A DNA stretch of 43,890 nucleotides, from positions 1 through 43,890 of the forward strand of contig JBJSZF010000520.1 in NCBI GenBank assembly GCA_046090125.1. Direction: 5' to 3'. The position numbers and the translations under genes are program-made. The stretch is from Verrucomicrobiota bacterium. GTDB lineage: Bacteria > Verrucomicrobiota > Verrucomicrobiia > Limisphaerales > UBA9464. Under the pieces are notes generated by a model. The model did not search any database and was not told where the DNA came from. It was given only the letters and a program-made list of their open reading frames with translations. Positions 17,195 to 25,544 of this stretch are shown one piece after another. Numbering within the stretch: the stretch's first letter is position 1; each line of letters starts with the position of its first letter.

Positions 17195-18295
17195 ATGAAG
17201 GAATCAAGCCGTACCTCACCCCGTCCCCAACCCGCATCCCCCAAGGCCGTGCAGGCGCCGCCCACTCGCGTGGGAGGGACGCCCGCCGATCCGAGCCCCG
17301 AGCCCGACAGCAAGCCCTCCACCAGGTCCCGTGCCTCGCTGCTCCGTCGTCCCACGACCCAGCGTCACCCGGGCGCTCCCAGGCCGAGGCCCGTCCAGGT
17401 GCACAGGGATCCCGAGGCCCGGGTCGTTCCCTCCGAGGAACGCCCCGTCCGCAGCCCATGGGACGAGAATTCCTCGTTCCGCCTCTATATCCGCGAGGCC
17501 GTCGAAACACCCCTCCTCACCCCCGCCGAGGAAATCGTCCTCGCGGCCCGCATCCACGCCGGCGACGAGTCCGCACGCGAGCACATGATCAAGGCCAACC
17601 TTCGCCTCGTCGTGAAGATCGCCCGGGAATACGAGGATTACGGGCTGCCCCTCCTCGACCTCATCAACGAGGGCAACATCGGGCTCATGCGGGCCGTCGA
17701 ACGCTTTGACCCCGCCAAGGGTGCCAAGCTCAGCACCTACGCCGCCTGGTGGATCAAGCAGGCCATCAAGCGTGCCCTCTCCAGCCAGTCCAAGGCCATC
17801 CGGCTCCCCATCCACGTCGTCCAGGAACTTGCACGCATGCGAAAGGCCGAGGCCCGCCTTGAGGCGGACATCGGCCGCCCTCCCACCGAGGCGGAATTGG
17901 CCGCCTTCATGCTGGTCGATATCGAGGACATCCAACGCTGGCGCGAGGCCGCCGCCATTGGAGCCACCTCCCTCGAAGCCCCCCTCGGCAACGATCCCGA
18001 GGCCGGCCGCGTCGCCGACATCATCCCCGACGAAAACGCCCCGATGCCCTACGAGGCCGTCGAGAACGGCACCAACGCGGACCTTGTTCGCCAGCTCATC
18101 GCCACCCTCAACGCCCGCGAGCAACGGATCCTTCGGGATCGCTTTGCCCTTGATGGCGGCGAGCCCCGCACCCTCGAGGAAATCGGCACCGAATTTGGCC
18201 TCACGCGCGAACGCATCCGCCAACTCGAGGCCGCCGCCCTCAGGAAGCTCCGGGCACGCATCCGGGCACGCGACGCCCTCCAGTTCGCCGCCTGA
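17195..18295 (+). CDS. RNA polymerase sigma factor, sigma-70 (RpoD/group 1-2) family
   Basis: Region 1.2 FRLYIREAVETPLLTPAEE, region 2 NLRLVVKIAREYEDYGLPLLDLINEGNIGLMRAVERFDPAKGAKLSTYAAWWIKQAIKRAL, region 4 TLEEIGTEFGLTRERIRQLEAAALRKLR. The ATG at 17195 is preceded by AGGAGGATCAAAGGAAGG. Confidence 0.9.
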   Translation: MKESSRTSPRPQPASPKAVQAPPTRVGGTPADPSPEPDSKPSTRSRASLLRRPTTQRHPGAPRPRPVQVHRDPEARVVPSEERPVRSPWDENSSFRLYIREAVETPLLTPAEEIVLAARIHAGDESAREHMIKANLRLVVKIAREYEDYGLPLLDLINEGNIGLMRAVERFDPAKGAKLSTYAAWWIKQAIKRALSSQSKAIRLPIHVVQELARMRKAEARLEADIGRPPTEAELAAFMLVDIEDIQRWREAAAIGATSLEAPLGNDPEAGRVADIIPDENAPMPYEAVENGTNADLVRQLIATLNAREQRILRDRFALDGGEPRTLEEIGTEFGLTRERIRQLEAAALRKLRARIRARDALQFAA

Positions 18296-18346
18296 CCCCG
18301 GCCTCGCGATGCGGCAGCAACCATGCCGCAATCCGCCGTGTCACCC

Positions 18347-18376
18347 GACCGCGCTCCCCCAGGGGCGCGGTCTTTT
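18347..18376 (+). terminator. GC-rich hairpin + T4 between convergent sigma-factor and yraN genes
   Basis: gaccgcgctcc-ccca-ggggcgcggtc forms an 11-bp stem (one G-U pair) at 18347-18372, followed by TTTT. It lies 52 nt after the sigma-factor stop and abuts the yraN stop. Confidence 0.65.
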
Positions 18377-18804
18377 CACGGGTAGGTCCTGCCCCCTTCC
18401 ATGCGGAATGCATCCTCCAGGTGACGTACCTCCGCCACGTCGTCCCCGCTCAGGAGGACCTCCACGATGTCGAAACGAATCCGGACCAACGGGGTCCCGG
18501 CCGCCCGCAGGTAGTGCATCGCCGCCGCCGTCACACGACGCCTCTTCTCACGGTCCACGGCGTCGGCCGGGCGTCCCCATGAGCCGGAGGACCGCGCCTT
18601 GACCTCGACGAACGCCATGCATTCCCCGTTCCACGCCACCAAGTCCAGCTCGCCGAGGGCCGTCGTGTAGTTCCTCGCAAGGATCTTCCAGCCAACCCCG
18701 GCCAAGTAACGTGCCGCCGCATCCTCACCCGCCCGCCCGCGCCTCAGGTTTGCCGGCTGCGGCGCCGTGCGTGCCTCCCACCACCTTCGGAGCCACGCGA
18801 TCAT
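18376..18804 (-). CDS. yraN: YraN-family (UPF0102) endonuclease-like protein
   Basis: ATG verified at 18804-18802 gives MIAWLRRWW...GEDAAARYLAGVGWKILARNYTTALGELDLVAWNGECMAFVEVKARS...RFDIVEV. The start overlaps the rnhB stop (ATGA). Confidence 0.85.
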   Translation of the reverse strand: MIAWLRRWWEARTAPQPANLRRGRAGEDAAARYLAGVGWKILARNYTTALGELDLVAWNGECMAFVEVKARSSGSWGRPADAVDREKRRRVTAAAMHYLRAAGTPLVRIRFDIVEVLLSGDDVAEVRHLEDAFRMEGGRTYP

Positions 18805-19478
18805 GCCCCGAACAACCCAAGCTGCCGTGCGCTCACGGGCGCGAAGGATCGCCGGTGCAGCTCGCAGGGACCCAGCCTCGAAAGCGCCGCGAGATGCTCG
18901 GGTGTCGGATACCCCTTGTGCCGCGCAAATCCATACCCCGGATGCCTCGCCTCTGCCTCCGCCATGATTCGGTCCCGCGTCACCTTGGCGAGCACGCTGG
19001 CCGCCGCGATCGAGTAGCTCCGCCCGTCGCCGCCCACGATGGCCGTCTGCGGCCAACGGAGCGACGGCACCTTCAACCCATCCACGAGGACATGGGAGGG
19101 GCCCGGGGCCAGCAGCCCAACAGCCTCGTTCATCGCCTGGTGCGTCGCCGCGAGGATGTTGATCCTGTCAATCACCTGCGCCGAGGCCTCCACGATCGCA
19201 AAACGCAGGCGCGGGTCCGAGGTCAACAAGCCGAAGAACCCGTCCCGCGCCCGGGCGGACAGCTTCTTCGAGTCGTCCAGGCCCGCATATTCCTCCGGGA
19301 TCCCATCACGCCCCCATTCCCATGGAAGCACCACGGCTGCCGCCACGACCGGCCCCGCCAAGGGACCTCGTCCGGCCTCGTCCACGCCCGCCACCACGAG
19401 GCATCCGGATTCCCACAGTACCCTCTCCCATTCGAGGCGGTCCGAGACCTGTGCTGGCGGCCGGGCTCTTCGTGTCAT
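18801..19478 (-). CDS. rnhB: Ribonuclease HII
   Basis: VVAGVDEAGRGPLAGPVVAAAVVLP...DDSKKLS...ASVLAKVTRD...GYPT is typical RNase HII. ATG at 19478 (MTRRARPP...). The track start at 19505 is a GTG alternative. Confidence 0.9.
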   Translation of the reverse strand: MTRRARPPAQVSDRLEWERVLWESGCLVVAGVDEAGRGPLAGPVVAAAVVLPWEWGRDGIPEEYAGLDDSKKLSARARDGFFGLLTSDPRLRFAIVEASAQVIDRINILAATHQAMNEAVGLLAPGPSHVLVDGLKVPSLRWPQTAIVGGDGRSYSIAAASVLAKVTRDRIMAEAEARHPGYGFARHKGYPTPEHLAALSRLGPCELHRRSFAPVSARQLGLFGA

Positions 19479-19521
19479 GCTCCACCTTGGTCCCCTTCCG
19501 GCCACCCGGCCAAGCCGGTCT

Positions 19522-20151
19522 TTATGCAGGCGGGATCGGGCGTGTGGGCGGTGCCTTCACAAACGCCGCCTCGCGCAGGTACACGGGGGCCAGCGCCTCC
19601 GGCCGTTGCTCCGCCAAGCCAGCTCCAAGAACCGCCGCAAGCGCCGCCGTCGGATGCAGCACGATGGCCCCGGGCAGACCCTCGTCCGGTGTCACCACGC
19701 AACGTCCCGCCGCAATGTCCGCCCGAAGCTCCTCCAAGCCCCGCAACCGAAGCTCCGTCGTCACGATTCCTCCTTCCATCTCCGCGCACGCCCATTCCCC
19801 GCGCTGCGCATCCGCCGCTACCTCGCACGCATGCCCAAGGCGCTCATGCGCGATCCGGGCCAGCAACTCCATGCTGCCCACGGCGGCCAACGGCGTCCCC
19901 AATGCCAGGTGCCAGCCCTGCAACGTCGAGATCGCCCGTCGGATCCCCGTGTAGCTGCCCGGCCCGATGCCCACCACCAGCCGCCCGATTTCTGTGGGAC
20001 GCACGCCCGACTTTCCCAACGCCTCCGCGATCAACCGCGGAGCGGACGTTGCGGGCCCACCGATCACACAGGCCTCGCCCAGCAAGACCCCGTCCCGCGC
20101 AATCGCCGCCGAGCGACGTTGGCTGGAGAACTCAAGCGCAAGGCATGTCAC
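19522..20151 (-). CDS. tsaB: tRNA t6A37 biosynthesis protein TsaB (YeaZ)
   Basis: LALEFSSQRRSAAIA...RLVVGIGPGSYTGIRRAISTLQGWHLALGTPLAAVGSMELLA. GTG start at 20151, overlapping tsaE by 20 nt. Confidence 0.85.
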   Translation of the reverse strand: MTCLALEFSSQRRSAAIARDGVLLGEACVIGGPATSAPRLIAEALGKSGVRPTEIGRLVVGIGPGSYTGIRRAISTLQGWHLALGTPLAAVGSMELLARIAHERLGHACEVAADAQRGEWACAEMEGGIVTTELRLRGLEELRADIAAGRCVVTPDEGLPGAIVLHPTAALAAVLGAGLAEQRPEALAPVYLREAAFVKAPPTRPIPPA

Positions 20152-20557
20152 AGATCACCTCCCGTGTCCCGTCGTCCACCCATGTGAAATGCAACCTCCC
20201 CAATCCAGGCAACGGCTCGTCCCAACGTTCAATCCATTCCACCGCCACGATGCCCTGCGGATGCGCCAGATACTCGTCCAGCCCGGCCGCCCGAACGTCT
20301 GCCGCCCCTGACAACCGGTACAGGTCCAGGTGATGCACCACGCATCGCCCTCCCCGGTATTCGTTGAGCAGGGCGAACGTCGGCGAATGAACACGGGCTT
20401 CGGAACCCACCCCACGCACCAATCCTCGCACGAAGGCCGTCTTGCCCGTGCCGAGGTCCCCGCTCAGGCCCAGCACCGTCCCCGGCGCCATCGTGCGCCC
20501 CATGGACGCCCCCAGCGCCTCCATCTCCGCCACAGAATGCACGACGTGCCGGCTCAT
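20132..20557 (-). CDS. tsaE: tRNA t6A37 biosynthesis ATPase TsaE (YjeE)
   Basis: VLGLSGDLGTGKTAFVRGLVRGVG...VHSPTFALLNEY...HLDLYRL. The ATG at 20557 overlaps the thiL stop (ATGA). Confidence 0.85.
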   Translation of the reverse strand: MSRHVVHSVAEMEALGASMGRTMAPGTVLGLSGDLGTGKTAFVRGLVRGVGSEARVHSPTFALLNEYRGGRCVVHHLDLYRLSGAADVRAAGLDEYLAHPQGIVAVEWIERWDEPLPGLGRLHFTWVDDGTREVICDMPCA

Positions 20558-21489
20558 CCCAGGTGCTCGTATCCGCCGGACGGCAGCGGGCGAAGCCCCC
20601 GGCTATCCCGAAGCCATGCCCCCGGCCCCGACGTCACCTTGCCAACGCAATGGATGGGCGTGCCGGGAAACGCCTGCCGCCAACCGTCCATGACGCGGAC
20701 CGCATCTCCCGGCGCCACCGCGAAGAGCAACTCGAAGTCCTCCCCGTCCGTCAGTGCAGCCAGCACGGCTGGCCGAGCCAGGTCTCCTTCCCGTGCACGT
20801 GCCCGGGCCGCCGCCCGGATCGGCAGGGCCTTCGCCAAGATCTCCGCCCCCAACCCGCCCGAAGCCGCCAGCACGTGCCTTAAATCGCCCGCCAGCCCGT
20901 CGCTCAGGTCGATCATCGCGTGCACGTCATGATGAGCGGCCAGCCAGGCCGCCTCGCGCAACCTCGGCTCAAACTCCAGGTGATGCCCCGCGATGGAGCC
21001 ACCCAGCTCCCCGCTCACCATCAACGCGTCCCCTGCCCGCGCCCCGGAACGCATCACGGCCTTGCCCCGCTCCACGCGTCCCAACAGCGCCACGGACAAC
21101 CACGCATGGCCCGGGTTCGTCACGGTCTCGCCGCCCACGACGGCGACCTGCCATCGCGCCGCCGTCCGGCACAATCCCCTGTAAACCGCCTCGGCCCATG
21201 CCGCATCCTGGCCCGCGGGCAACGCCAACGTCACCACCGCTGCCACGGGCAGCCCAGCCATGGCCGCCACGTCGCTCAATGCCCGTGCCATCGCCTTGTG
21301 CCCCACCTTCTCCGGGTCGGCCTCGGCCTCAAAGTGCACCCCCTGGACGATGGCATCCGTCTTGAACAGCGTGTGGCACGCCGGGTCGCCCAGGTCCAAC
21401 ACGGCGCAATCATCCCCGGCGCCCGCGACGACGAAGTCGTTCCGGGGCAGCAACGGCACCAGGCGGGAGATTAGCTCGAACTCGCGCAT
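20554..21489 (-). CDS. thiL: Thiamine-monophosphate kinase
   Basis: ATG verified at 21489 gives MREFELISRLVPLL...AGAGDDCAVLDLG...LFKTDAIVQGVHF...VGHKAMARALSDVAAMAG...VVGGETV...VSGELGGS. The track start at 21636 adds 49 implausible residues. Confidence 0.9.
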   Translation of the reverse strand: MREFELISRLVPLLPRNDFVVAGAGDDCAVLDLGDPACHTLFKTDAIVQGVHFEAEADPEKVGHKAMARALSDVAAMAGLPVAAVVTLALPAGQDAAWAEAVYRGLCRTAARWQVAVVGGETVTNPGHAWLSVALLGRVERGKAVMRSGARAGDALMVSGELGGSIAGHHLEFEPRLREAAWLAAHHDVHAMIDLSDGLAGDLRHVLAASGGLGAEILAKALPIRAAARARAREGDLARPAVLAALTDGEDFELLFAVAPGDAVRVMDGWRQAFPGTPIHCVGKVTSGPGAWLRDSRGLRPLPSGGYEHLG

Positions 21490-21574
21490 CCCTGCGCATC
21501 TTGCTCCAACGGCGCAGGCTTTCCCAGCATGGAACACCTCCGTGACATGCCCCCGGAGTGGACCCGCATTGGTG

Positions 21575-21931
21575 TCAGCCCTTTCCGGGCCCGTTCGTTG
21601 AGGGAATGGCCCGGCTGTTCCGACGTGCCCACGCATCCAGCAAGCTCACGCGCCCCCGCAACCCCAGCCGACGCAGCAGCGACGCCCGCCGGTATCTCGG
21701 ATGGCACAGGTAGCCCCGCACCCACGCGACTCGGTCCGGATCGGGGCCAGCCGCCAGCCGATGGAACACCCTGAGGTCCTCCGCGAAAAGGTTGGCTCGC
21801 ACCGGCCACAGCAGAAACGCGGCCATTCTCGCCACGGGCGGCAGCGTCGTCAGGAACAAACGCCATGACGAGGGCCGGTTGCGATTCCCTCCCGACGCCA
21901 CGGCTTCCACCCATGCGGTCCTTGAATCCAT
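21575..21931 (-). CDS. Hypothetical small basic protein (118 aa)
   Basis: ATG verified at 21931. Codon third positions are strongly G/C as in neighbouring genes. Co-directional, 74 nt downstream of the GT-C-like gene and 85 nt upstream of thiL. I do not recognise a family. Confidence 0.4.
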   Translation of the reverse strand: MDSRTAWVEAVASGGNRNRPSSWRLFLTTLPPVARMAAFLLWPVRANLFAEDLRVFHRLAAGPDPDRVAWVRGYLCHPRYRRASLLRRLGLRGRVSLLDAWARRNSRAIPSTNGPGKG

Positions 21932-22005
21932 GTCAACTGGATCATCGGACCCTGACGCGGAGGAAACCTCTCAAACATCGGTGCCGGCGCTTTCAACCCG
22001 GCCCA

Positions 22006-23826
22006 TTACCAGCGCCTGCGGTCGGCCAGGAACAGGTGGCCGCGCTCGGCCGAGCCTTGGTACGCGTCCAGCAAGGGGAATCCCCTCGGGAGGTTCCGGT
22101 TCACCACGGCATCGAGGTAAAACCGACCCCACACAAACTCGGCCGTGCCGACCCGCCGCAAGGGTTCCTCGCTGGTGAACGGCGACAGGTACATGGCCGC
22201 CACGTGGCGCTCGAAGTCGGTCACGGAAAGGAAGTCCTCGCCATCCACCTTGCCGTCCTTGTCCTTCATGCTCGCCACCTTGTGGGGCAGCCAGAGGCAT
22301 TCCCGGTCGCCGTACCAGGCCACCGCCCACGGGACGTCGCTGGCCATCAGCTCGTTGGGCCGAACGTATCCCGATACCTCCTGGATGATGTCCGGCCGGT
22401 ACGCGGGTAGCACCATGGGGAAGCTGGGGGGCGGCAGCAGCGACGTCAGCAACGGCAGGCTGAACACCAGCCATGCCCCGCCCGCGAACACCCCCCGAAG
22501 CAAGGGATGCCCAAACTCCGTCGATCCCAGCAGGCTGAAGAAGAAGCTCACGGCGAACAGGAACACCAACGGCGTCAACAACACCATCTGGCAGGACTCG
22601 TTCGCCTCCGGCACCAGCGTGCTCCAGTGCGTCCGCATCAGCGCCTCCACCACGAAGAAGATCCCAAGCGTTGCCAACGTGAACCATCGAAGCCGCCGCA
22701 GCCGTTCCGTCCGGAACGGCAACATCAACCCCGACACGAACAGGAAGAACGCCCAGTTGCCCGTCAGCTTCGGCACCGAGTTTCGCAGCAGGTCCGCCGC
22801 GTTCACCGAGAACTTCACCCGCACCTCCGTCAGGAGGTTGGGCGGCTCCGGAGGCTTGCGCAGGTGCCTTTCCAGCCACGACTCCGGGAAGCTCTCCGTC
22901 CCGGCCAACATCGCGCTTCCCGCCGTGCCCAGCAGCCGGCCGCTCACGAGGTAGTTGCGGGCAAGCCATGGCGACGCCACCACTGCAAACGCCAGCAGGC
23001 ACGCTGGCACCACCGCCCATCGACGCACGTGGGTCATCAGCATCCACGCAACGGCGGGGATGAGCACAAAGCCGAAGGCGTACCGTGTCAGGAACCCCAC
23101 CCCGATGACCACGCCCGCCGTGGCGGCCAATCGCAACGGGCGACCCAGCGGCGGCAGCAGCCCCGGCGCCAGCTCCGCCCCCGTCTCGTCCAGCCGCACC
23201 AACACGTCCGCCAACACCAGCACCAGGACCATGAGGAATGGCGCCGGCAGGCCGTTGCTCGACATCCGCCACAACAGCTCCGTCCCCGCGTACACCGCCG
23301 CCGACATGAGCCCCACTTCCCAGTCGAACCAGCGCCTTCCCAGCCGCCACACCAACCACGTGCCCAGTCCCAGCCAACCTAGGTTGAACAACGTGATGAA
23401 CGTCTCCGGCCATGGGCGCTGGCGAAACGGATCCTGCGTCAGGCTCGTCCACAGCCGCTCCGGCAGCACCTTGAACAATCCTGCCAACATCACGGGATAC
23501 ACCGGCGGGTTGTGAAGGTCCGGATGCGGCTTCTGCAAGAGCCCCGCCTGCGGTTGGCCCGTCTCCTTCGCCCGTTCCTGGAGCAGGTGAAAGCTCAGCG
23601 GCCGCACCAGCCGCGTCGTGTAGCCCCGCCCCGCCGCCAGGTTGCGCCCCAGTTGCCCCAGGTCCATCGCCTCCGGGTTCGAGAAGTTCTTCGCCTCCCG
23701 CATCAGGTAGATGCCCCCCACCGCCAAGACCGCCATGATGACCAGCCAACGCTGCATCCATCGACGCCCAGCCCCCATTTCCATCGCGTGGACCAAGTCC
23801 TGCGCGCCCCTCGGCCCTTGGTTCAT
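22006..23826 (-). CDS. Polytopic membrane protein, GT-C fold glycosyltransferase-like (ArnT/PMT family 39-like)
   Basis: ATG verified at 23826 (MNQGPRG...). More than 10 hydrophobic segments. The first loop motif EAMDLGQLGRNLAAGRGYTT and the overall layout resemble family-39/ArnT-type transferases. Soluble C-terminal domain of ~150 aa. The start overlaps the stop of the activator gene (ATGA). Confidence 0.7.
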   Translation of the reverse strand: MNQGPRGAQDLVHAMEMGAGRRWMQRWLVIMAVLAVGGIYLMREAKNFSNPEAMDLGQLGRNLAAGRGYTTRLVRPLSFHLLQERAKETGQPQAGLLQKPHPDLHNPPVYPVMLAGLFKVLPERLWTSLTQDPFRQRPWPETFITLFNLGWLGLGTWLVWRLGRRWFDWEVGLMSAAVYAGTELLWRMSSNGLPAPFLMVLVLVLADVLVRLDETGAELAPGLLPPLGRPLRLAATAGVVIGVGFLTRYAFGFVLIPAVAWMLMTHVRRWAVVPACLLAFAVVASPWLARNYLVSGRLLGTAGSAMLAGTESFPESWLERHLRKPPEPPNLLTEVRVKFSVNAADLLRNSVPKLTGNWAFFLFVSGLMLPFRTERLRRLRWFTLATLGIFFVVEALMRTHWSTLVPEANESCQMVLLTPLVFLFAVSFFFSLLGSTEFGHPLLRGVFAGGAWLVFSLPLLTSLLPPPSFPMVLPAYRPDIIQEVSGYVRPNELMASDVPWAVAWYGDRECLWLPHKVASMKDKDGKVDGEDFLSVTDFERHVAAMYLSPFTSEEPLRRVGTAEFVWGRFYLDAVVNRNLPRGFPLLDAYQGSAERGHLFLADRRRW

Positions 23827-25268
23827 TTCATGTCCTCCAACCCAAACTGATGAATCTTCCGGTGCAACGTTCGACGGCTGATCCCGAGCTTCTTCGCGGC
23901 CTCCGTCCGGTTGCCATCGCACGCCTCCAGCGCATGGATCACCAACTGCCGCTCCGCCTCCTTCCACGACAGCCCTCCTGCCGCGATCTTCTCCCGGGCC
24001 TCGTGGACCACGGCCTCCCCCGGGGCCGCACGCAGGGCCGTTGGAAGGTCCTTGACCCCAACCGTCTCGCCCCGGCACAGCACCACCGCGTGCTCCATCG
24101 CCGTCCGCAGCTCCCGCACGTTCCCCGGCCACCGATGCCGCAGCAGCGCCTCCATCGCCGCCGTCTCCAACCCCTTTACCTTCTTCCCGTTCTCACGCGC
24201 GTACTCCTGCACGAACGCCATCGCCAACGCCGGGATGTCCGACACCCGTTCGCGCAGGGGCGGCAGGTGGATCGGCACCACCGCCAGCCGGAAGTAGAGG
24301 TCCTCTCGGAACGTCCCCGCCTTCACCATCGCCGCGAGGTCCTTGTTCGTCGCCGCCACCAGCCGCACGTCCGCCGTCAAGGTCTTCCCCGACCCCAGCC
24401 GCTCAAACGTCCGCTCGCCCAGGAAGCGCAGGAGCTTCACCTGCGTCGTCGCGTCAATCTCCCCGATCTCGTCGAGGAACAACGTCCCGCCCTGCGCCAG
24501 CTCCACGCGTCCCGGGCGACGCTCATGCGCCCCGGTGAACGCGCCCTTTTCATGCCCAAACAACTCGCTCTCCAGCAACGCCGCCGGAAGCCCCGCGCAA
24601 TGCACCGCCACCCACGGTCCCCGCGACCGCGTGCTCAATTGGTGGATCGTCTTCGCCACCACCTCCTTGCCCGTCCCGCTTTCCCCCGTGATCAACACCG
24701 TTGTCCGCGTCGGTGCCACCTGACGGATTACCTCCATCACTTCGCCCAACGCCGGCGACGACCCCACCAGCCCCGGCATCCCGTACTTCTGGTCCAGCCG
24801 CTCGTGCAACTGCCGGTTCTCGGACTCCAGCCCCCGCCGCTTCAGCGCCCTCTGGATGCGCAGCTCCAGCTCCTCGAACTTCAGCCGCCCCTTTGCAATG
24901 TAGTCGTCCGCCCCGCGCTTCATCGCCTCCACCGCCACGTCCTCCGACCCGTAGGCCGTCATCAGGATGCAAACGGGCGGCTTCGGCAGCGCCCGCGCGC
25001 GGTCTATCAACTGGAACCCATCCTCTCCCGTCATCCGCAGGTCCGTCAGCATCACGTCGAAGGCCTCCTTTTCCATCAAGCCACGCGCGGCCTCCGCGGA
25101 TTCCGCCAAGTATACGTCAAAGCGGTCCTCCAACGCCGCGCGCAACCCCTCGCGCGTCGTCTTCTCGTCATCCACGATCAACAACGTCGGACTCACGCGT
25201 CGCAGCGTACCCCAACCCGCCCCCCGGTGGCGATGCCGAGTTCTCAAGCCCGGACGCACCCGTTGCAT
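23823..25268 (-). CDS. Sigma-54-dependent response regulator (NtrC family: REC - AAA+ - Fis HTH)
   Basis: Receiver domain LLIVDDEK...VMLTDLRM...LMTAYG...YIAKG. AAA+ domain VLITGESGTGKEVVA, ESELFGHEKGAFTGA (GAFTGA sigma-54 contact loop). C-terminal NRTEAAKKLGISRRTLHRKI. ATG at 25268; GTG at 25196 (VSPTLLIVDD) is an alternative start. Confidence 0.9.
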   Translation of the reverse strand: MQRVRPGLRTRHRHRGAGWGTLRRVSPTLLIVDDEKTTREGLRAALEDRFDVYLAESAEAARGLMEKEAFDVMLTDLRMTGEDGFQLIDRARALPKPPVCILMTAYGSEDVAVEAMKRGADDYIAKGRLKFEELELRIQRALKRRGLESENRQLHERLDQKYGMPGLVGSSPALGEVMEVIRQVAPTRTTVLITGESGTGKEVVAKTIHQLSTRSRGPWVAVHCAGLPAALLESELFGHEKGAFTGAHERRPGRVELAQGGTLFLDEIGEIDATTQVKLLRFLGERTFERLGSGKTLTADVRLVAATNKDLAAMVKAGTFREDLYFRLAVVPIHLPPLRERVSDIPALAMAFVQEYARENGKKVKGLETAAMEALLRHRWPGNVRELRTAMEHAVVLCRGETVGVKDLPTALRAAPGEAVVHEAREKIAAGGLSWKEAERQLVIHALEACDGNRTEAAKKLGISRRTLHRKIHQFGLEDMK

Positions 25269-25305
25269 CCCGATGGTGTCAGCCTAGAAACGGCAGTGGG
25301 TCCGT

Positions 25306-25382
25306 CTGTAGGCCGCGTGCCCTCACGCGGCGGCGGTGATGCCTCGTGCCCGGTGCGCCGGGTCAGGGGACCCGGCCTACAG
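25306..25382. promoter_or_regulatory. 77-nt inverted-repeat-closed three-helix element just upstream of the activator gene
   Basis: Perfect 10-bp inverted repeat ctgtaggccg (25306-25315) / cggcctacag (25373-25382). It encloses local hairpins gcgtg-ccct-cacgc (about 25315-25328) and cccgg-tgcg-ccggg (25349-25362). Function unknown. Confidence 0.4.
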
Positions 25383-25478
25383 CCGAACCGGGCCTGCCTC
25401 GACCTCACCCGCAGGGGGAGCCCCTGGGTTCCTGTCCATGAGCCCATCCGACCCGATGGGAAGGGCGTTTCCTCGTCT

Positions 25479-25493
25479 TGGCACCCTCTTTGA
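25479..25493 (+). promoter_or_regulatory. Near-consensus sigma-54 (-24/-12) promoter-like motif
   Basis: TGGCAC-cctct-TTGA versus consensus TGGCAC-N5-TTGC. The spacing is correct, but the conserved C of the -12 GC is an A. It points away from the activator gene towards repeat copy A. Confidence 0.25.
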
Positions 25494-25544
25494 CTGCCGA
25501 TTTCAGGGTCCGTGTTCCCAAGAACATCGTGGCTCGCTCAACCC

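Noticed and set aside
21575-21931. Lasso-peptide B2 / transglutaminase-like protease assignment for the 118-aa ORF.
   Set aside because: The resemblance is limited to about 25 residues. The catalytic His is absent, and there is no lasso cyclase, PqqD-like protein or precursor gene nearby.
25306-25382. A 77-nt element with a closing stem and internal hairpins, of tRNA-like size.
   Set aside because: It has a 10-bp closing stem, only two inner hairpins, and no D/T-loop consensus (no GTTCRANYC) or anticodon-arm geometry. It is not a tRNA. I found no tRNA-like cloverleaf in any other intergenic gap either.
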